From contig JAUCBJ010006637.1 of assembly GCA_032718475.1 (NCBI GenBank), forward strand, positions 1 to 64,000: 64,000 nucleotides of DNA. The letters run 5' to 3'. The stretch comes from Nemertoderma westbladi. Lineage: Eukaryota; Animalia; Xenacoelomorpha. Of the stretch, positions 49,014-62,044 are shown one piece after another. How positions within the stretch are numbered: the first letter of the stretch is position 1; the number at the start of each line of letters is the position of its first letter. A model generated the notes under the pieces. That model did not search any database and was not told the DNA's origin. It saw only the letters and a list, made by a program, of their open reading frames with translations. The translations under genes were made by a program, and so were the position numbers.

Positions 49014-52000
49014 TTACGTTATGGAGTCCCTAGATATTTGTTGGATTAGGGAGGTGGTCGTGGGAAGAGTATCTTGCCTTCCATAGTTTCCGGACAGTTT
49101 TCGGTCTCTTTCCAGTAAACATAAACGACCAGCTGGGCGATTGAGTGGTTGTGTTACTTTCTCCGCTCCCTTGGCCTGTCTAATCTCAGTCGGGTTAAGG
49201 TGGGGAGGCCATTCATCTTCTTTACTTAGGAAGTCGGGTTCACCTAACCAGTCTGGAATATCTGTCAGTTCTTGAGGAGTTGCTCCTCTGGAGGCGATGT
49301 CGGCTAGATTGATCGTCTCGGGGCAATGTCTCCATTGATCTACATTGGAGTTGATGTCGTCATTATCTGAGGAGTATGGTGTTCCCTCAGTTGGGTCGTC
49401 AACTTCACTGCTCTCCACTTCCCGTTCACTTAATTGATATACCTGTTCTTTTGGTAATCTTTCCATAAGAGTTCTACGAGAAGGGCCAGTAAAGTACCAA
49501 CCTACTCTAGTTCTTCCCGCATAGACTTGTAGTGGTTGCGGTTGAGCAGGCCGTTTCTCCAATGTCTCGAGCGCTTCATGCGCGTTTTGACCGATGAGTA
49601 TTTGCACTCCAGGGTAATCGGTGTTGAATCTAGGTATTTCCAGCTGCTGGGTGAAATCGTCCTCATCCCAGTTATAAGGTTCCACTTGAGTGGTAGCGAA
49701 GTTCTTTATCGCCACCATTTTTACTGACCTTATGCTAAGTTCTCCTAGTTCATCCTGGGGGGTGGACAACGCACCTACATAATAATCCGCGATTACTGTA
49801 GATTTCCAAACCTGCATAATTCCTGACATGTTTAGCTTAGTTCGGAACTTGGGTTGTCCAGCAAAGATGTCTTCGGCTAGTTCTTTGTCGATGAATGTTC
49901 CTGTACTACCGGAGTCAAGGAGGGCGTTCACTACATAACTCCTTTTAGGTCCGTGGACCCTTACCTGTACTACAGGAAATTCTCGGATTCCTACATTGGA
50001 AGATGGCGCTTTCCAAGATGGTTGTCGATCAGAAGTAGTTAGGGTGAGGTCGCTGTCTGTATCTTTTTCATACGTGAGTGCTCGATACACTGCGGTATTT
50101 ATCATGTAACAGGATTCGTTTTCGTCGGAGAACTCGTCCGTATAGAATCCTTCCATCTCAGATTGATCAGTGTCGTTCACATCACTGAATTGGACATGTA
50201 GTTCGGAATCACTTACCTGACTTGGACTATTTCGCTCGAATTCAGTGTGCAACAAGATATGGTGTTTCGCACCGCACTTTGCACACCTTGTGTCGGAGTA
50301 ACAGGTTCGCCGTCGGTGTCCTTGTCTGAGGCAATTATAACACAACCGCTTATCCCACATGACTTCCCGTCTCTCTGCTAATGATTTCTTCAGGAATTCA
50401 TCACACATATTCAAACGGTGAGTCCCGTCACATAGCTACATTTGATGTTACTTACCTTATTTTGAATAACCTTGTGCACACTCATTCTTTCTTCGGGCTT
50501 TCTCACCATAATTCTCTTGGGAGACGTGGGAGGAGTTTTTCTTACCTGTTCTCTCCTGTCATTGGTTCGAGACTTGAATTTACTTACCTGGTCTTTAGGC
50601 GTTTTATTGACATAATAAGATCTTTCAGTGTCTTTCCCGCTATCCTCTCCTTGAGAAGTCTGGCTTTCGCCATCGTCTGTATTACACACTGGTGTTACCT
50701 TTCTCCTAGAGACGGGTTTCTCACTTACCTTGTTTTCCGGTGTCTTCTCTTTGGACTGCTTTATGAGCTGTAATTTCACTTCGCCATCCAAGAATGACAT
50801 GAGATCAGCCATGGTAGGGTCTCGTTGTTGTTGTTCCATCATATATAACACTTTCTTGTCCCAGCGTGTACCTACTCCACCCTTCGGTAAAGTAGAAGCC
50901 ACTGCTCTAATAACCATAGCACTCTGATACTCGTGAGACTTACCTAGCCAATCTAATTGTCTGCAGATCTCCTGAATCTCATCGGAAAACTCTATAATCC
51001 CGCTGCTAATAAACTTTCGGGGCGCTACCAACTTTGCATACAAATACCCAGCTATGTTATTCCTATTACCATACCTGATGTTTAGTGTATCCCAGACTTG
51101 TCTTAATCCGTCTGGATGTCCAATAAACTTTAACGCCATTAACTTGGGAGATCCTTCCAAGCACTCGATGAGGAATCTAAGTTTCTCTCCATTAGATAGT
51201 ACAGAGTTCTGTATGTTATCTTTGTAATATTCATTAAAAGGTAACCATTTCATCTCATCTCCATTGAACTTGACGATCTCTCCCACCTTTACCGCTTGCC
51301 GGGCTTCGGTTCTAGCCATTTGACGCGTAAAACTTTCTTGGGCCATCGAGTTATTTAATATTGAGGTATCGGTATATAAATTTCTCGGATTATGATCAGG
51401 TCTATAGGGAATATCATTATCAACATGTCTATAATTACCCTTAATAGGGTTCACTATAGGAGTTTCTACTTCGCTAGCAGTATATATGCGTGTAGGCTCC
51501 ACACCTTGCGCATGAGATACTTCAGACCTAACAGGTTGACACATTGTTACCGGGGGTGGTGGTATACCCTTTTGTAAATTTACTAATTTATCGCGTTCTA
51601 GCGCGATACTTTGCTGCACTTCTTGCAACTCTAACCTACTTTCCTTTACGGTTCCCTTTAACTGTTGAACAGTCCCTTCTAACTCTCTGACCTGTTGGGA
51701 GGAGCGCACTCGATTCTCCTCCATCTTTCCGAGGAGAATATCCATCCCCCGCCGTCTCTCGTCTACCCAATCAACTGCTGAAGTGGGATCCGCCAACGTC
51801 GTAGCGGGCAGACGAGGGACTACGGGCGATATATCCTTTATATTTCGCTCGGAGTCCAGGACCGACACTGTTTCAGGGGCTGTTCCTCTAAGCACAGATA
51901 ATTTGGTGCTGTATAAAGGGAATTTAAAGGTAGGTTCTGGGAGTACAGGTGTCTCTATCACCGAAGGGGTGATTTCAAGAACAGGCCTAATTATTTCAGG

Positions 52001-53707
52001 CTCATCTACTATAGTAGGGAGTCTTTCTATTTTAATTATTTGGTCTGTGGGTTCTGTACTACCTAAGTTTGTATTAGTTAGTTGCCTTCTAACAGCTGGG
52101 GGCAAATCAGGCAATTTCTGACGGTGAGATGTTCTTCTACGCCTACTTAGACGAGATCTATTTCCTCCGCCTTCAGGATCGGTGGTATCGCCTTCCTCAG
52201 ATGATGTATAACCTTGTCTTTTGGGAGTAGATCGATTCATCATCTGCATATTACTAGCTGTTAACTGTTTATTAAAGTTGTCTTGCTTCTCTTGAAGATT
52301 TTCCAACTCTAGTTGGGCAGTCTCTTCAGACGCCTTTCGTTCTGCTTCTGCCACTGCCTCTGCCGCTTTTCTTTCCACTTCGGCTGCTTTTCTTTCCGCT
52401 TCTACAGCCTTTCTTTCCGCTTCTGCCGCTGCCGCTGCCGCTTTTCTTTCCACTTCGGCTGCTTTTCTTTCCGCTTCTACAGCCTTTCTTTCCGCTTCTG
52501 CCGCTGCCACTGCTGCTGCCACTGCTGCTATCTTTCTGTCTTCTATACGTTTTTTCTTTACTTGTTCTTCTTGAACCTTAGCGATGCGGATGCTTTCATT
52601 GAATTTAGCTTCGTTCGCAGCTAACCTATCCACATCGATTGCGTCCAACACACGCTGGGCTCCTTCACTATTAGGGCTAAGCCCCTCTAGTCTTCTCCTC
52701 AACTCTTCATCTCCTACAAAACGTTGATAGTCCGACAGATAGATGTCAATGGCATCCCTCTTATGCGGCTTCTCTGCCGTCGCTTCACTTTCCACTTGGG
52801 AAAAAGTAGCGTCTGTTAATTCTCCATGGGTTGAGCGCTCATCCAGTTGGGCTTTCCACTGAGTCGTTCCCTGCACCTGGAGGCTCACCCGTTGAAACCA
52901 AGTCTTTACGGCAACTTGCAACGACGTGTGTTGTCTACTTTTAGAAGCCTCCTCAAAGGCTGATAAGATTAGCCTGATTCGTAGAATTCTTTCTCTAACT
53001 TGATAAAGCAGTTGTCCCTGCTCTTGAGGTCCTTGGGGTTGTTGAAACAGTTGTTTTTCTACTCGCTCCATAGAGCTTACGAATCCCTGTACGTATCCGG
53101 CTACGGACCTCTTCCACACAGCTGGATCGACGGTTTCCTTGGTTACTCCCATCCTGTGTATATCTTCCCAGGCAGCTTCTGATAAATCAAACGGGAGTCC
53201 GGGTCCGGGGAAGTTCCATTGCGACTCGACAATAGACTTCAGTTCTTCCCTTGTATATCCCGCATAACTATCTTTAGTCGATCGCTTACTTCTCACCCAA
53301 TCGATCTGGTGTTCTTCCACCACAATCAATAACCTAGTGAGTACGGCTGCAGGAAGGATGAGAAGGGGATCCGAATAAACCGCATCCGTCATCTTTGCTC
53401 CGCGCTCGGGTGTCAGCTCTACAGTATCCTCACTACTGGAGCTGTCGGACCATTGAGAAATAAGTTCTTGGCTCGCGAGTTGTTGTTGTTCCGCTGCTTC
53501 TTGGTCCCGCTTGACCTGAGCTCTAGTGCCTATGATAGACCTACGGTGTTGGACCAGCCTATGTTCTGATATTACTACTGGGGGAATGATCTTTCTTACA
53601 GTAGGAGGTGAGTTGAACTTCTGTTTAACACGTTCCACACTCCTGTCTAGGTCACATATGGTTGTATCTAGGAGACTGTCTGACAGATTTTGCTTTGTGT
53701 CAGACAT
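49014..53707 (-). pseudogene. BEL-C Gag-protease fused to the Pol C-terminal tail; one frameshift near 50430-50445
   Basis: ORFs 50411-53707 and 49014-50414 are homologous to BEL-A Gag and PR. In-frame junctions SSDNDD|INSNVDQWRHCP and GAEKV|TQPLNRP remove RT, RH and IN. Confidence 0.9.
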
Positions 53708-55750
53708 GTTGGTTTGTACAGTTGAATGCCTACTGCTATATTACAGTTTAAGCAAGTCTAGTAATTCAGTATCACTGTTAGCCTAGTAATTAATTACCGA
53801 TACTGCTACTCAGTGTAGCGTGATATATATAATATATTAGAATACCGGTATGCTTATAGTATATATAAGTATTATTACAGACTAGGTTTGTCACAGAATA
53901 CCGGTAGGTAATTTCAGCACAAATATATATAAATATATAATAGGCCTATCGTGAATACCGGTATACAGCTTACACTTATAGTGTATATAAGTATAATTAT
54001 TAACTAGAATTAATTACAGAATACCGGTATAATTTCAGCCTAAATTTATATATATATAATAGGCCTATCATGAATACCGGTATACAGCTTACACTTATAG
54101 TGTATATAAGTATAATTATTAACTAGAATTAATTACAGAATACCGGTATAATTTCAGCCTAAAATTTATAGAAATAAATATAATAAGCCTATTGTAAATA
54201 CCGGTATGTCAATTATTTTAGAATAATTGAATTTCTGAATTTTTAGGGGTTACTTGGTTACTTTAACTTACTTTATTACCGTTATTTGAGCAGTAGTCCA
54301 ACTGATATTGAGACCTAGTTGATGTATGGCAGGCCTACTATTTATAAATCGTTTGAGTTGATTTATAATATATATACCCGTTTAAATGGGTTTTTGTCAA
54401 TATTTGAAATAAATGTTATTATTTCTGGGGGAGTCACTACACAGAAGCTGTGCGCTCTCAGTGAAGTGCTACTTGTTGGACACTAAAACAAATAATTCTA
54501 ATTTACCTAAGTTACTTAATACTACAAATTATGTACAATTCGGGTTGAGATTACAATCTCTAAATAAACACAAAAAAAAAATTACAAATACACAAATACG
54601 AATTTTTAGGGTAATTTTACAAGAAGTCTACTAACCAGCCTAACAAAGGGTTAGAATATCTGGTTATTACTACGGACAGGGTACTACGGTATTTGAAAAT
54701 AATAAGTAGTAGTAAATATACTGCGTTGTCCAGATAGGAAAATACCACCGTCTGACGACTTATAGCCGTATCGCTATAAGTACTACGTTATGTATCACGG
54801 AGTGTTCCTACCCAGAAGTTAATTACCGCGGTCTACCAGAACCAACGTGCCTATTAACCACTTTACAACACAAATATGCTGCCTACACGCTAATTACCTT
54901 CGGAAAGCACTGTACACTAAACCCTAAATTAGGTACAAGTACTTGTACAACAAATAATCAGTAGTTAAAAATACTTGAACAGCTAAAAGAACCACGGTAT
55001 CTGCCGGAGTGACCAAAGCATAAAATCTCCAGTCTTTACCTACACCAAGCAGCCCTGATGTAGTACCGGGGTTAGTTTAACTATAACGGTATGTATAACA
55101 AGCACAATTACTGTAGGAATAAACTTGGGGATATGAATGTTGCGAATAATCGCATAAACTCTGAATAATAAATATTACGCTACGCGTACAGACTACTCAA
55201 ACAAAATGCAGACTAAATACTGACAGACTACTATCAAGCCTAAACAAACCACGGTATATGCAGACTCCGAAATGGTTAGTTAGTATGCGTTCTAACCTAG
55301 TAGTACGACTTATTCTTTCAGAGGGGGTTTACCTCACAGCGCTGGAAGCCCCTACGTTCCCAACTGGCACTTTATCGGACATACACTCTACACACACCGA
55401 AATTTCCTCAGACCTAACAACAGCCAGACAACTATCCAGCCTACAAATTATCTAAATAAGAATTATACGCTACCTGTACAGATTACACAAACAAAGTACA
55501 GACCAAACGATGGCAGACTACTATCAAGCCTAAATAAACTACAGTATATGCAGACTCCGAAATGATTAGAAAAGAATAGATTTTTCTAGTCTAGTATTCT
55601 AGTAGAAGTAGTACATACCAGCATGTACTGATGTAGGCCTATTGCGTCGCTGCTACCTGTCACTCCATATTACAACTTTGTTAGATTCCAACAGTAGAAC
55701 CCGTATTCCCTCACGTAGTCTTAAACCACCCGATACTAACCTAACAAGCA

Positions 55751-56626
55751 ATGCCTCCCAAGAGTCTCGACCACCGAATGGATGCACTTGAACGCACACT
55801 ACTCCAAATCTCCACGAACCTGAGCGGTATCAACTCCCAACTAAACCCTTCCGACGGCTCCCCGTCCCTTACCAAAGCTCTAGCTGATCTCAAACACGAA
55901 AACAATATGTTGCGCTCTGAGAATGCCGAGCTCGCTAAACAGATTCAAGAGTCCAACTTGAAGATCGCCAAGGTTGAATATGCAAATGATGAGCTCGCCC
56001 AATACGGGCGGCGTTCCAACGTTTTAATCCACGGTGTCGTTGAAAAGAATCGCATGGACGACGAAGTTATGATTAAGAAAATTATGACTATCTGTTCAAT
56101 TGATCAATCAGAAATAGATGTTTGGCACCGACTCGGTCGTCCATTGCAAAATAAACCTCGGCCGATCGTTGTTAGATTTATTCGTCACTCAACACGTTTC
56201 CAGGTTTTCGCACATAAAGGAGAATTCGACAAAGGAACTTACCCTACGGACCATTTGACACCATTACGAGCAGCCCTACTTGGAGAGACGATAAAGTTAA
56301 AGAAGAATGGTGAAGTTTTTGCTGCGTATTCATACAACGGTACAATCCAAATACGGTTGTCCAAGGATTCCCAGCCAGTTGCTATAGCTTCCAACGCTGA
56401 CATCGAGAAAATTCGTAACCAATCGTCGCGCCCAAGTAGGCCTATGCCGAACTCAAAAAAGAGAGTAACCAACCCTACCTCATCCCCAAGACAAACCAGA
56501 AGTCTGACTAGATCCGACCCATCTGCTCGCCCCAACTCATCGCCGTCCAAATCTTACTATTCTCCACTAAATGACAACCCCCAATCAATATACGATGACT
56601 ACGAGAGCGGAGACCAAACGATATGA
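55751..56626 (+). CDS. LINE ORF1p (coiled coil plus L1/Transposase_22-like RRM)
   Basis: 291 aa. Heptad-rich N-terminus; LAQYGRRSNVLIHGV, HRLG, PRPIVVRF and DHLT motifs. Confidence 0.88.
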   Translation: MPPKSLDHRMDALERTLLQISTNLSGINSQLNPSDGSPSLTKALADLKHENNMLRSENAELAKQIQESNLKIAKVEYANDELAQYGRRSNVLIHGVVEKNRMDDEVMIKKIMTICSIDQSEIDVWHRLGRPLQNKPRPIVVRFIRHSTRFQVFAHKGEFDKGTYPTDHLTPLRAALLGETIKLKKNGEVFAAYSYNGTIQIRLSKDSQPVAIASNADIEKIRNQSSRPSRPMPNSKKRVTNPTSSPRQTRSLTRSDPSARPNSSPSKSYYSPLNDNPQSIYDDYESGDQTI

Positions 56627-56817
56627 AACTCAGGAATACCAACAAACGTTCTCCTGCCGAGCTTTACTGCTCACTACTGATATACGGTACACTATTTTTC
56701 GCAATATGATGTGTTAATTGGAACGTAATACTGTAATAACTTAAATTCAAGGCTGTATCAACATACTGTAGTAAATAGGTTTTTTTCAATAAAATAGTAC
56801 GGTAATTTGACTGGTGA

Positions 56818-59800
56818 CAACGGCAGTCGCAATATTTTGCCTGCAGTGTTAAATCTGTAGCCAAAATATCCTCCCTCCCCCAAGCACCAACCCCTTGCTG
56901 TGCGTTTTGCTTTACAGCTTTCAATATAACTGACCCCCATTTTATATGTAGCCTATGCCAATCAATATTTCACGTGCCGTGTGGCTCACACTTAAGCACA
57001 CACGATTTAACAAATCAAACTAGTCTAAATGAACTATGCATTTTTTGTAAAACCGAAACTTTTCCTTTTTATAATATTAATAATGATGATGAAGATATTT
57101 TTTCCCCAAATTTCACACCAACTGTACCACCTAACGAATTTTTGTTCTTAAACCAAACATTCTCTAATATTGATACGGACCAAAACTTAACTAAAATGAC
57201 TTTTGACAAAGGACCGCTCACACCTGAATATTTTCAGTCTGAATTCAATTCCCCCACAACCTCAAACAAAAAGTCATTTTCAGTCTTTCACTTAAACTGC
57301 TGCAGCCTACCTTTTAATTTCGATTCGATCGACACCTTTCTCCAAACTCTAAATTTTAAATTTGACATACTAACCTTTACCGAGACCTTTTTTAATGCCG
57401 ATTCCCCATTAGGTCTTTTTAAATTTCATGGTTATCATGATAAACCAATTCTTTGCAATAGGCAGACTGGAAATACCAGACGCGGTGGTACTGCTATTTA
57501 TGTGAGCGACACTTTGGAAATGGCCGAATGTCCCGAGTTCCAGATTGCAGGCCTTGAAAATTCATGGATTAAAATCGCCAGACCTGGATTCAAATCTATT
57601 ACAATAGGCACGATTTACCGCACCGATGCTATTTCACCAGCTGACTTCAACATTTTACTTAACTCTACACTTAACAAACTTACAAACAAAAACTTAGATA
57701 CTATTATTACTGGAGATATTAATATTGACCTACTGAAAACTAAAAACACACAGAAGGATTACATTAACTTGCTAAATTCTTACGGTTTTATACAAATACT
57801 CAATCACCCAACTCGAATTGATCCTAAACATAATTCTGAAACCCTCCTCGATCATATAATCACAAACATAAACTCCTCTGTCTCTAATGCGGGCTCATTC
57901 AATTGTAAAATTGGAAACTCCGACCACCAAGCCACCTTCATAGTCATACAAAAGTTTAATTGTATTTTTAACGAACCCAAACCACGCACTACCTTTGACT
58001 TTTCTAAATTTAATGAACGCGCCTTTCTTCAGGACATTAAGACAGACACTATCTGGACTTACACCGACAATGCTATACCTCTCCGCACTAAATTCGACAC
58101 TTTTCACAAAGACCTCACAAGAATTTGTACATCACATTTACCGACGAAACCGCTTACTCATAAGACTCGGCCCCTTAAACCGTGGCTATCTGAAAACTTA
58201 CTAAAATCTATTCGGACAAAGGACAAACTATACCGTAACTACCTGAAAAACCGAACCGACACCAACCGACAACTCTTTACTTCATACCGCAACCGTTTAA
58301 CCTCCACTCTTAGGGCCGCTGAAAAAAACTTTTTTTCCCAACAATTTGACCGTAACTCCAACAACATCCGCAAGACTTGGTCCATTATTAATTCCGCCCT
58401 GCACAAATCGTCTTCCAAATGTTCTCCTAAAAAATTGATTATTAAAACAAACAATGAAACTCAAATCATTTCAGATCCTAAAGAAATAGCAGAAAAATTT
58501 AACAGTCACTTTGCAACGGTTGGATCGTCATTACAGAACACGCTAACCCAGAGGCCTACCTCCTCCCCCCTACGTCATATTTCTCACACCCGCGCGAATT
58601 CATTTTGCCTCTCTGAAACCTCTCCAATTGAGATCCAATACAAAATTCTCAACCTAAAATTAAATTGTAGCTCCAATGACCCTTTTCCACCAAAACTCAT
58701 ACGACTGGCTGCTGAACCTCTTTCTTACCATTTATACAATCTTTTTAATCTTTCTATTGTCCGCGGTTTCTTTCCGGATTCCTTAAAAACTGCCAAAGTG
58801 ATTCCAATTTACAAATCCGATGATATAACTGATCCCAACAATTACCGCCCCATATCTCTCTTACCCATTATCAGTAAAATTCTAGAACAAATTCTTAACG
58901 ACCAATTGCAAACATACCTTATAAAATACAACATTATTTCCATATCTCAATATGGTTTCCGCAATAAGACTTCTACTTCGCACGCCTTACTCTCCATCAC
59001 TGAAAAAATATATGCCATGCTTGATTCCCACCAATCAATTTGTGCCGTATATATTGATCTTAAAAAAGCCTTTGACACCGTGGACCACAAGATTCTTATA
59101 CGGAAGCTTGAAGCCTACGGTGTCAGGGGCCCCCCATTACATCTCTTCTCTGACTTTCTTGCTAATCGTAACCAATTTGTTTCGATTGACAGCATCCACT
59201 CAACCCTTCAACCCATAAATTGCGGCGTCCCACAAGGCTCTGTTTTGTCCCCCACTTTATTTATAATTTTTATTAATGACCTTCCAAACGTGACTAACTT
59301 ACTGACCACACTATTTGCCGACGACACGACGTTACTCAACTCGCACACCAATATTCAGACCCTTCTCAATGACACAAACAATGAACTCACCAAACTAAAC
59401 AGTTGGCTAATAGAAAATAAACTAATACTCAATTTAAAAAAAACCGAATATACTCTATTTACAAACCGTATCTTAAATAATGACAATCGTTTACCCACAA
59501 TCGAAATTAATAACTCCTCTATACAAATTACCGACAACACAAAATTACTAGGCATCTGGCTTGATTCAAAACTCAGGTGGAAAACACACATAAATTATAT
59601 CCTTAAAAAAATCTCTCAATCTTCTGGAATATTTTACAAGCTACGCCATATTTTTCCCTTACACATTCTCAGGACACTCTACTTCACCCTAATTCACCCA
59701 TACATCAACTACGGCATTATTCTATGGGGCAGCTCCAATAAATCGATACTCAAACCTTTACGCATTAAAATTAATAAACTGATACGGTGCATTACATTCT

Positions 59801-60156
59801 CCCACTATCAATCGTCCGCGTTACCACTTTACAAAGAACTAAAAATTTTACCTCTTAACAAACTATACGATCTCACTGTCGCCAACTTTATGTACGATAT
59901 TCATTCTCACACAATCTCAACCTCCTCCACGCTAGGCAAACTTTTCAGCAAACGTTCCATTTCACACAACTACAATACTCGTTCTTCTGTCCGAGGTGAT
60001 TATACAACCCCGCTTTTCAGGCTTACCTCCTCCCAACGTTCCGTGAGTTTTCGAGGTCCTGCCATCTGGAACTCTGTGCCACTTGACATTAGGATAAAAA
60101 AATCAAAACCATCGTTTTCTGCTTTCTATAAAAAATTCTTATTCTCGACTTGTTAA
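56818..60156 (+). CDS. LINE ORF2p: PHD finger, APE endonuclease, reverse transcriptase (start codon uncertain)
   Basis: Frame is open from 56818. APE motifs HLNCCSL, TET, GGTAIY, GDINID, LLDHI, SDH; RT motifs NYRPISLL, DLKKAFDTV, GVPQGSVLSP, FADDT. Confidence 0.93.
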   Translation, partial: QRQSQYFACSVKSVAKISSLPQAPTPCCAFCFTAFNITDPHFICSLCQSIFHVPCGSHLSTHDLTNQTSLNELCIFCKTETFPFYNINNDDEDIFSPNFTPTVPPNEFLFLNQTFSNIDTDQNLTKMTFDKGPLTPEYFQSEFNSPTTSNKKSFSVFHLNCCSLPFNFDSIDTFLQTLNFKFDILTFTETFFNADSPLGLFKFHGYHDKPILCNRQTGNTRRGGTAIYVSDTLEMAECPEFQIAGLENSWIKIARPGFKSITIGTIYRTDAISPADFNILLNSTLNKLTNKNLDTIITGDINIDLLKTKNTQKDYINLLNSYGFIQILNHPTRIDPKHNSETLLDHIITNINSSVSNAGSFNCKIGNSDHQATFIVIQKFNCIFNEPKPRTTFDFSKFNERAFLQDIKTDTIWTYTDNAIPLRTKFDTFHKDLTRICTSHLPTKPLTHKTRPLKPWLSENLLKSIRTKDKLYRNYLKNRTDTNRQLFTSYRNRLTSTLRAAEKNFFSQQFDRNSNNIRKTWSIINSALHKSSSKCSPKKLIIKTNNETQIISDPKEIAEKFNSHFATVGSSLQNTLTQRPTSSPLRHISHTRANSFCLSETSPIEIQYKILNLKLNCSSNDPFPPKLIRLAAEPLSYHLYNLFNLSIVRGFFPDSLKTAKVIPIYKSDDITDPNNYRPISLLPIISKILEQILNDQLQTYLIKYNIISISQYGFRNKTSTSHALLSITEKIYAMLDSHQSICAVYIDLKKAFDTVDHKILIRKLEAYGVRGPPLHLFSDFLANRNQFVSIDSIHSTLQPINCGVPQGSVLSPTLFIIFINDLPNVTNLLTTLFADDTTLLNSHTNIQTLLNDTNNELTKLNSWLIENKLILNLKKTEYTLFTNRILNNDNRLPTIEINNSSIQITDNTKLLGIWLDSKLRWKTHINYILKKISQSSGIFYKLRHIFPLHILRTLYFTLIHPYINYGIILWGSSNKSILKPLRIKINKLIRCITFSHYQSSALPLYKELKILPLNKLYDLTVANFMYDIHSHTISTSSTLGKLFSKRSISHNYNTRSSVRGDYTTPLFRLTSSQRSVSFRGPAIWNSVPLDIRIKKSKPSFSAFYKKFLFSTC

Positions 60157-60867
60157 TTCTTTGACCCCAATAAAACCGCCAAAAGGAATATTGATTGACT
60201 TTTCACTCAGTGCCAATCTATATAAAAAAAATACACCAGCAAACGCACCCCCCCCCCCCCCCCCCCTCTCCTACTGCCAATGGAACCATCGCCCTCACGG
60301 CACTAGCTTTCTGCTATTAGTTTGGGCGATGCTTCACAATATTTAAAATACAATATGTTTTTTTCTGTGCAATATTAACAGTGGCACAAGGAATGAATAA
60401 ACTTGAAACTTGAAACTTGAATTAGTTAGTATGCGTTCTAACCTAGTAGTACGACTTATTCTTTCAAAGGGGGTTTACCTCACAGCACTTGAAGCCCCTA
60501 CGTTCCTAACTAGCACTTTATCAGACAGATGCTCTACACACACTGCAATCCGTTCAGACTTAACAACAGTTAGACAACAGTCAAGCCTACAAATTATCTG
60601 TACAATCTGAGCAGGCTTACACGCCTTCTGCTCAATATTGGCCTACAAATAAATAAAACTTGACAGAAATAAGTAAAATCTTAATAAAAAACCAGGGCGG
60701 GCCCTCCCTGATTCAATATTAAGGCCTACCGGTATATAATTATCAAATCGAATAATACTGCTATACCTGTACTGCTGTAGGTACTGGTCCGGGTGGTTAG
60801 GTAGTCAGGCCTACTGGGTACCGGTTGCCGGTACTTCAGCTTTATTGCCTACTGCAATACAGAAGAA

Positions 60868-60878
60868 ATATCCGTTAT
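60868..60878 (-). promoter_or_regulatory. BEL-C primer-binding site, self-complementary type
   Basis: Element-sense ATAACGGATAT abuts the LTR and is the exact reverse complement of the element-sense LTR sequence at 61574-61584. Confidence 0.75.
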
Positions 60879-62017
60879 TGTTCGCGCTTTCAGACCTTTA
60901 GCAGTTTAACCTGCCAAATTAGGATGTCTTCTAGAAAATAGATAGTCTTTAGCCTACGACAAATATTTGATACACTACATTAGCCGAAACCAGTCTATGC
61001 GCGATCATTCACCCGCTGGATATACCCGGGAGACTGGATTCGGAAGCCTAATCGTATTGCGGGATAGGCCTACTGTATTATTCGACTGATCTTAATATAT
61101 AGAATCTCTGACAAATATTATTCACTTTCGGGAAATATTAACAGTTCCTTTAGGACGTGGCGCTCTAAATATATAAACAGAGTTATGACTTAAACCAGAC
61201 GCAACGGGATGGCTATAGATTCACGTATATGGCGCATTCTTTAGGAGATGCTTCGTTATCAATCACAATCATACACAATGCTGCACAATGCTGCGCACCA
61301 ATCTGCCGACCTTCACTAATTTTAGTCACATACAAAGAGAATAACAGACAATACATGTAGGGCCTATAAAATAGCATTAGATTCACTTCAAACCACTTAA
61401 TGTAAGTCGCAATCGTTATATGTATCCGGTCTCTCTAACCTTTAGTATATCAAGAAGATTGGGGTGTCTGATTGTTTATCAGTATTCCAAATATAATATT
61501 TCATCAACAAATATAATGAATAACCGACAGCAAAGCAGTAATGTTAAGGTATGAATGATTATGAGTGACTGAGATAACGGATATACGTTCTATAATTAAG
61601 CCTACTAATGTTGATGCTAAAGACTGAAACACGGAGGTTCCACGCCGGTGTTGTAGGCTGTGGAAGAAATCACATACTGACTCACTTCCCTAGTTTCTAT
61701 ATACCATCTCCAACACAGAGGCAAAAAACGCTCTGATTGGTCGACCGAACAAAGAGAGAACAAAGAACAAAGAGATGTTCTATGTGGCAATATCAGCTGT
61801 TAGCCGTCGTCATGGTATCTACACTGTTTCAAGAGGATCCGGCTTATTGCGTCATAGAATTGCTAATCATGTCCGCTAAAGTACACATACAGAAGAAATG
61901 GCTTTTATGTCTTCTAAAACAACAATACAGTAAGGACACGGCCTTTTATGCCGGTTAAACCAACTACAGAGTACTTTACGGGGAAAATAACCGGCTAATT
62001 ACGCAAAAGCCTTTACA
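60879..62017 (-). repeat. BEL-C 5' LTR
   Basis: 1139-bp repeat of 44596-45733, TG...CA on the minus strand. Confidence 0.96.
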
Positions 62018-62044
62018 AGCAGAGTAGCTTAACCTATTAAATAA

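Larger units (their letters stand above)
55570..60420 (+). mobile_element. Full-length L2/Crack-type (CR1 group) LINE nested antisense in the BEL-C leader
   Basis: ORF1 plus APE-RT ORF2, 3' stem-loop CATCGCCC...GGGCGATG (60287-60331), AATAAA then (AAACTTG)n tail, ATTAG duplication at 55565-55569 and 60421-60425. Confidence 0.93.
44596..62017 (-). mobile_element. Non-autonomous BEL/Pao element (BEL-C) with both LTRs and 5-bp TSD
   Basis: LTRs at 44596-45733 and 60879-62017; TSD AGCAG at 44591-44595 and 62018-62022; PPT; gag-PR only; carries a nested LINE. Confidence 0.96.
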
